DNA of 64,000 nucleotides from an uncultured delta proteobacterium (GTDB lineage Bacteria; Desulfobacterota; Desulfomonilia; UBA1062): NCBI GenBank assembly GCA_963798485.1, contig CAWCTR010000005.1, positions 32,001 to 96,000 of the forward strand, read 5' to 3'. Shown piece by piece: positions 59,565 to 64,000 of this stretch (position 1 is its first letter; each line of letters starts with the position of its first letter). The notes under the pieces were generated by a model. It saw only the letters and a program-made list of their open reading frames with translations, ran no database searches and was not told where the DNA came from. The position numbers and the translations under genes were made by a program.

Positions 59565-60860
59565 ATGAGAATTCCGGTGCAGAAAGAAAGATTTAACGTC
59601 TTAGAGATAAACTTATTATTTTTACTTTTTCTTTCCGTTTTCTTTATCGGGACCGCATTGGCAGCTCATAATCCGAAGGGAACGCTCGGCGTCTCCCTTG
59701 GTGAAATCACCCCGGAAATTAAAAAGGCGGCGGGGCTTCATGGGGTGAACGGGGCCGTAATCCACCAGGTCTTGCCGGGCAGCGCAGCAGCGCGAGCCGG
59801 CCTTCAGCCGGGCGATCTCATCATCGGCGTCGATGGTTCAGGCGTAGATGGCCCTGCCGAAGTGGTGAAGCGCATCGGGAGACATTCCTCCGGCGAGAGC
59901 ATCGCGTTCGTGATCCTGCGGCCTGATAGGAAAGGTCGCGTCCGGCAATTTCAGGTGAATCCGGTTCTCCAATCGGCAGCTAAAGAGTTCACACCTGGTC
60001 AGCAGGGAACGCAGCCGACAAGGCTGTCTTCAAGCCCCGGGCCGAAACCTCTCGTGAAATCCCCTGCGAATCCTCCGGGCTCCAAACCCACTCAGAAACC
60101 TCCTTCAACCGGCTCTCCGCTCGGCACCTCATTTGCCGGGAGTATGCAGCCAGTCCGGACTCATATCTGTCAGGCCTGCCCTTGTTCGGCGTTAGCCCCG
60201 GCGAATTGGGTCATCTTCGGTGGACGGCGCGAAGGAGACTCCCTCGATATCAAGTCGGCAGATGGGAACATGTATGCGGGTTATCTGATCCTCGGAATCC
60301 CCGGATTCATGGCCACAGCCAGTCCGGGCATCTATGGCTCGCCCGAGACCTTTCTCCGCTACACCATCTCATCCGGTGGGAGCCTACAGGTGTCGTACGG
60401 CCGGCCCAGTCGTGACAACTACGGGTACACCTGGCTCCCAATTGAGGCAAGGGGTCCCAACATCCCGCACAGTGGAATCAAGGGATTCGCCCACTATCGC
60501 GTCTGGCCCATGCCTGGAGATCCGCAGGGTTACATCTTGCTTTATCGCTCAGCCGTGACAACGAAACCGCTTTGGGAGCGTTATGGCGCGCAAGCAATCG
60601 CCGTTGCGCTTTCCATCCGATGCACGAAGCAGTTACAGCTATCCAAAGGCAGTAGCGGCAGCAGCCATACCCAAGATAAAAAGGCGGAGTCCACCTATAA
60701 CCGGCAACTCGGCATGGAGTACGCACATGACGATGCCACGGGCGAAAACTATTGGGTGAGTCCGAGTACTGACTGGCACAATGATGGCCCCGAGGGGCCG
60801 GGTTATTACAAGAAGAACGGAAACGATCTGAGGAAGCTTGCCCCGGGGAGGAGCGATTAG
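59565..60860 (+). CDS. Exported PDZ-domain protein with Pro-rich linker and unknown C-terminal domain
   Basis: Signal peptide; LGVSL..V.PGSAAARAGLQPGDLI; no protease triad seen. Confidence 0.8.
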   Translation: MRIPVQKERFNVLEINLLFLLFLSVFFIGTALAAHNPKGTLGVSLGEITPEIKKAAGLHGVNGAVIHQVLPGSAAARAGLQPGDLIIGVDGSGVDGPAEVVKRIGRHSSGESIAFVILRPDRKGRVRQFQVNPVLQSAAKEFTPGQQGTQPTRLSSSPGPKPLVKSPANPPGSKPTQKPPSTGSPLGTSFAGSMQPVRTHICQACPCSALAPANWVIFGGRREGDSLDIKSADGNMYAGYLILGIPGFMATASPGIYGSPETFLRYTISSGGSLQVSYGRPSRDNYGYTWLPIEARGPNIPHSGIKGFAHYRVWPMPGDPQGYILLYRSAVTTKPLWERYGAQAIAVALSIRCTKQLQLSKGSSGSSHTQDKKAESTYNRQLGMEYAHDDATGENYWVSPSTDWHNDGPEGPGYYKKNGNDLRKLAPGRSD

Positions 60861-60939
60861 GTAAGCCTTGGGGTTAGATCTTGTTAATGGCTTTGTTTGA
60901 TAAGATTGGTAAAACGCAAGACACCCATTACGCCCGTTC

Positions 60940-61746
60940 GTGAATATGCCGCTACGCCTTTTCATTGTACTCCTAATCGCTTTACTCTGCGGCTGCGCAA
61001 CGCTGCCGGGCGCACAGATCAAGCAGATCAATGCTCGCCAGGTCGAGTTCGTCGTATCCATCCGCTCTTCGCCGGCGGTTGTATTCGAGAACGGGTTGGG
61101 CGGAAAAATGGAATGGTGGCGGAAGGTCTTGCCGGAAATCGCCAACGACGCTACATACTTTGCATACAACCGGCCTGGTTACGGCAAGAGCGCATTGACC
61201 GAGACGCCCCGCGATGGATCGCATATCGTCGAAGAGCTTCGTGTACTGCTGCTCAGCCAAGGCATCAAGCCGCCATATGTGCTTGTAGGCCATTCCCTGG
61301 GCGGCCTCTACATGCAGCTCTTCGCGCGGCGATATCCTGAAGAGGTAGCCGCATTGATACTCGTGGATTCAACTCACCCGAAGCAGCTCGAAGGCGAAGG
61401 CGCCATAGAGAAGCAGCCCTTCTGGGTTCGAGGCTTGATCGGCATCCTCGTCACAGGCACCGCCAAGCTAGAACTCGGCTTACTTGCTCAAACCGGCGAC
61501 GAGGTGATAAAGCTGCCTACACTGACAGGAAAGCCGGTTTTCGTCCTCAGCGCGTCTGAACCGATGAAAGAAACCTCAGCCCTGGCACGTTTCGCCAATG
61601 AGAAGCGGGTAGAGATTGCGCGCATGTATCCCGGCTCACGGCAAATCTGGGTCGATAGCGGGCACGGCATACCATTGGAACGGCCCGAGGCAGTAGTCAA
61701 TGCAATCCGAGCCGCACTTGCCGAGGTTCACCAAGAAAGACAGTGA
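60940..61746 (+). CDS. Alpha/beta hydrolase lipoprotein
   Basis: Lipobox LCGC; YNRPGYGKS, GHSLGG, SGHGI. Confidence 0.9.
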   Translation: MNMPLRLFIVLLIALLCGCATLPGAQIKQINARQVEFVVSIRSSPAVVFENGLGGKMEWWRKVLPEIANDATYFAYNRPGYGKSALTETPRDGSHIVEELRVLLLSQGIKPPYVLVGHSLGGLYMQLFARRYPEEVAALILVDSTHPKQLEGEGAIEKQPFWVRGLIGILVTGTAKLELGLLAQTGDEVIKLPTLTGKPVFVLSASEPMKETSALARFANEKRVEIARMYPGSRQIWVDSGHGIPLERPEAVVNAIRAALAEVHQERQ

Positions 61747-61785
61747 GCCTTCTCTTCCGTCAGGCGTAAGCAATCAAACCATGAG

Positions 61786-61854
61786 CCCTAACCCTTCGCT
61801 CAAGAGGAAGCCCCCCGGCAAGCCGGCGGCTGCCGCTCATGTCGAATCTTAGGC
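61786..61854 (+). repeat. attC site with mutated core (CTTAGGC)
   Basis: CCCTAAC CCTTCGCTCAAG..CCGGCAAGCCGG..GCCGCTCATGTCGAAT CTTAGGC. Confidence 0.7.
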
Positions 61855-61876
61855 TTAAGGCAAATAAGGAGATCAT

Positions 61877-62287
61877 ATGCGGAGTCAAGAAAAAGTTCTT
61901 CGAGTAGCGTTCCTGGTCGGCGCCATCACCGATGCGCTGGCCATCCTGCCTATGCTCGTTCCACCTCTTGCAAAGATCCTTTGGGGTTTTGAAGACGTAT
62001 CAGGGGCATACCAATTTGCCATGGGCTACGGTGCGTCGCTCATGCTCGGCTGGAGCGCACTGTTGATGTGGGCATATCAAAGGCCCCTGGAGCGCAAAGC
62101 CGTAGCTGCCCTCACGGTGCTTGTCATCTACGGTCTTGTCTTCACCGAGATCGTAGCTGTCCTTTCAGGGCATCTTGCAGCATGGCGCATGCTGCCGACC
62201 TGGTTTCTGCAAACAATCCTTTTGAGCTTGTTTGCCTCAGGGTTTCACTATTCCAGGCTCAGACAGTGGCGCGAGCGGCCGGCCTAA
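61877..62287 (+). CDS. 4-TM membrane protein (cassette)
   Basis: Four hydrophobic segments; AGGAG RBS; ends at GCCTAAT (mutated R''). Confidence 0.8.
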   Translation: MRSQEKVLRVAFLVGAITDALAILPMLVPPLAKILWGFEDVSGAYQFAMGYGASLMLGWSALLMWAYQRPLERKAVAALTVLVIYGLVFTEIVAVLSGHLAAWRMLPTWFLQTILLSLFASGFHYSRLRQWRERPA

Positions 62288-62332
62288 TAATGGCATTCAG
62301 GCAGACGCGGGCTGCCGCTCCTTCCGCATGGC

Positions 62333-62395
62333 GGCCTAACTCTTAGAAGTTGATTTATGAAGATACAGCATATCCGGAATGCATGGATGATTATT
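62333..62395 (+). pseudogene. 5' fragment paralogous to the MBL-fold cassette
   Basis: Ungapped similarity to 58678-58740; MKIQHIRNAWMII vs MKIQHIRNACMVI. Confidence 0.8.
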
Positions 62396-62417
62396 GATTA
62401 CAAAGCGGGGATTACCC

Positions 62418-62990
62418 ATGAAACGTTGTGAATGGGCCGATAGGGGCGAGTTGGAGCAGTCGTATCACGATAATGAATGGGGCGTAGCAATACACGACGA
62501 CAGAAGCCTGTTCGAGTTTCTGGTTTTGGAAGGTGCGCAGGCAGGATTGAGCTGGTCAACCATTCTGAGAAAGCGGGAAGGCTATAGAAGATCCTTTGAC
62601 AATTTTGACGTCCGTAAAATCTCCCGATACTCCGAGGATGATATCTCCCGATTGCTCGTTAATTCCGAAATCATAAGAAACAGGCTCAAAATCAACGCGG
62701 CCATCACGAACGCCAGGGCCTTCCTGCAGGTACAGGAACAATTCGGAAGCTTCGACCATTACATCTGGCAGTTCGTAGAGGGAAGACCTATTCAGAACTC
62801 GTGGGAAAAGATGACTGATATTCCGTCGAGCACTCCCGAGTCCGGGGCCATGAGCAAAGATTTGCAGAAAAGAGGGTTCAAGTTCGTCGGGACGACAATC
62901 TGTTACGCATTCATGCAGGCCGTCGGCATGGTAAACGATCATGTCACAGGTTGCTTCAGATATGAGGAACTCAAGACACCTCATGGATAA
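62418..62990 (+). CDS. tag: DNA-3-methyladenine glycosylase I
   Basis: RCEW, YHDNEWG, LEGAQAGLSW, IIRNRLKI, FKFVG, MVNDH...C. Confidence 0.95.
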   Translation: MKRCEWADRGELEQSYHDNEWGVAIHDDRSLFEFLVLEGAQAGLSWSTILRKREGYRRSFDNFDVRKISRYSEDDISRLLVNSEIIRNRLKINAAITNARAFLQVQEQFGSFDHYIWQFVEGRPIQNSWEKMTDIPSSTPESGAMSKDLQKRGFKFVGTTICYAFMQAVGMVNDHVTGCFRYEELKTPHG

Positions 62991-63051
62991 TTACTTGCCA
63001 AACCCTGTATATTCTTTATTATGGAACGGGAAATCAAGGAGGAGGATCACA

Positions 63052-64000
63052 ATGAACCATATAGCGCGAATAGGTGTATGTCTCTTGCTGGCCCTGGCGG
63101 TCTGCGCCTCGGGTGCGCCGCTTTGTCATGCCCTGACGCCCGGGCAGCCGGTATCGGTCTTTTCTCTCCAGGATGTCAGCGGCAAGAAATATGACCTCTC
63201 ATCCATGAAAAACAGCCCCATGATTGTGGTCTACTTCTTCGATGCCGCCTCAAGGCCTTCCCAGGAAGGTCTAATCAACCTGGATCAGCTCGCTAAGAAG
63301 TATCGGGACGCAAAGCTTATCGTATGGGGGGTCAGCCGGTCACCCAAAGACAAGGTGGCCGATTTCGTGGCCAAGACAAAACCATCCTTCCCCATCCTGC
63401 TTGACACCTCTCATGTGAGCGATCTCTACAATGCCCGGCTCATCCTGCCTACGGTATGCATCATCGGCCCCGACCTGAAGCTCCTCGATATCTTTCAGGG
63501 AGGCGGTAAGACCATGAACGTCATGCTCTTAAGGCTTGCGGAGAGAAAGCTTCAGCAGAAAGACACAATCCTTGCCAAGGCCATCACCGAAGATGTAGTC
63601 AAGAAAAACCCGGATGACAGCCAGGCGAAAGCCTTGAACGGCTATGCACTGCTGAACGCCGGCAAGGTGAGCGAGGCGGAGAGGGTCTTCTCCCAGCTCG
63701 CCATGGGTAAAGGCCAGGCCGAGGTGCTGGGCAAAGAGGGGCTGGCCGCTGTCTATACCCGCCAGGGCAAGTCGGACAAGGCATATACCCTGGCCCAGGA
63801 GCTTGAGAAGAAGGCCCCCAACCGGGCATACGCCCACATGGTGAAGGCCGACGTCCTTTACAGCCGGAACAAAAAGAAAGAGGCACAGGCCGAATATGAG
63901 GCAGCGGCAAAGAAGGGCGAGGGCGAAACCCAGCAGAAGGCTGTTGCCTGCAACAAGCTCGGCCGCCTGTATGCCAGCGTGAAGGACTACAAGAAGTCCC
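63052..64000 (+). CDS. Exported redoxin-like + TPR protein (3' truncated by window edge)
   Basis: GGAGGAGG RBS; signal peptide; FSLQDVSGK..VVYFFDAASRPSQ redoxin fold lacking CxxC; TPR helices; frame open to the window end. Confidence 0.82.
   Translation, partial: MNHIARIGVCLLLALAVCASGAPLCHALTPGQPVSVFSLQDVSGKKYDLSSMKNSPMIVVYFFDAASRPSQEGLINLDQLAKKYRDAKLIVWGVSRSPKDKVADFVAKTKPSFPILLDTSHVSDLYNARLILPTVCIIGPDLKLLDIFQGGGKTMNVMLLRLAERKLQQKDTILAKAITEDVVKKNPDDSQAKALNGYALLNAGKVSEAERVFSQLAMGKGQAEVLGKEGLAAVYTRQGKSDKAYTLAQELEKKAPNRAYAHMVKADVLYSRNKKKEAQAEYEAAAKKGEGETQQKAVACNKLGRLYASVKDYKKS

Larger units (their letters stand above)
53093..62990 (+). mobile_element. Integron gene-cassette array lacking a neighbouring integrase (CALIN)
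   Basis: Co-oriented unrelated genes separated by attC-like palindromes; matching cassette cores (GTTCGCC/GGCGAAC, GTTGGGC/GCCCAAC, GTTAGCG/CGCTAAC, GTTCGGT/ACCGAAC, GTTAGCC/GGCTAAC). 3' limit uncertain. Confidence 0.88.

Noticed and set aside
53384-62330. Recurring CCAGCGG/CCGCTG repeats as a CRISPR array
   Set aside because: Variable imperfect palindromes separated by whole genes; no cas genes; they fit attC.

Overview
64 kb from a moderately GC-rich anaerobe; gene content suggests Desulfobacterota, but this is inference. (1) 1-12.3 kb: two sensor kinases, DegP, a decayed Fe-S/hydrogenase remnant ahead of an hfs-like sensory [FeFe]-hydrogenase/phosphatase cluster, and a glycosyltransferase. 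(2) 12.7-46.6 kb: a complete type VI secretion system (tssJKLM-tagF-tagJ-tssABC-hcp-tssEF-tssG-clpV-vgrG) with a DUF2169/thiolase-like/DUF4150-GHH2 toxin-immunity module. It also carries two orphan candidate effectors: a CNF1/CheD-like Cys-His protein inserted between tssF and tssG inside a 76-bp duplication, and a FAM78-like protein after clpV. (3) 47-52.8 kb: FHA-lytic transglycosylase, double-FHA protein, PP2C phosphatase, protease and Ser/Thr kinase. Together with a Thr-motif-repeat protein heading the T6SS, these suggest a split phospho-threonine control circuit. (4) 53.1-63 kb: an integrase-less integron cassette array whose attC sites decay along its length, including an empty cassette and a TM-DeoR sensor cassette. 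Several REP/MITE families are present. Six +1 frameshifts may be assembly errors. No rRNA, tRNA or CRISPR was recognised. Family calls come from reading motifs by eye; no searches were run.
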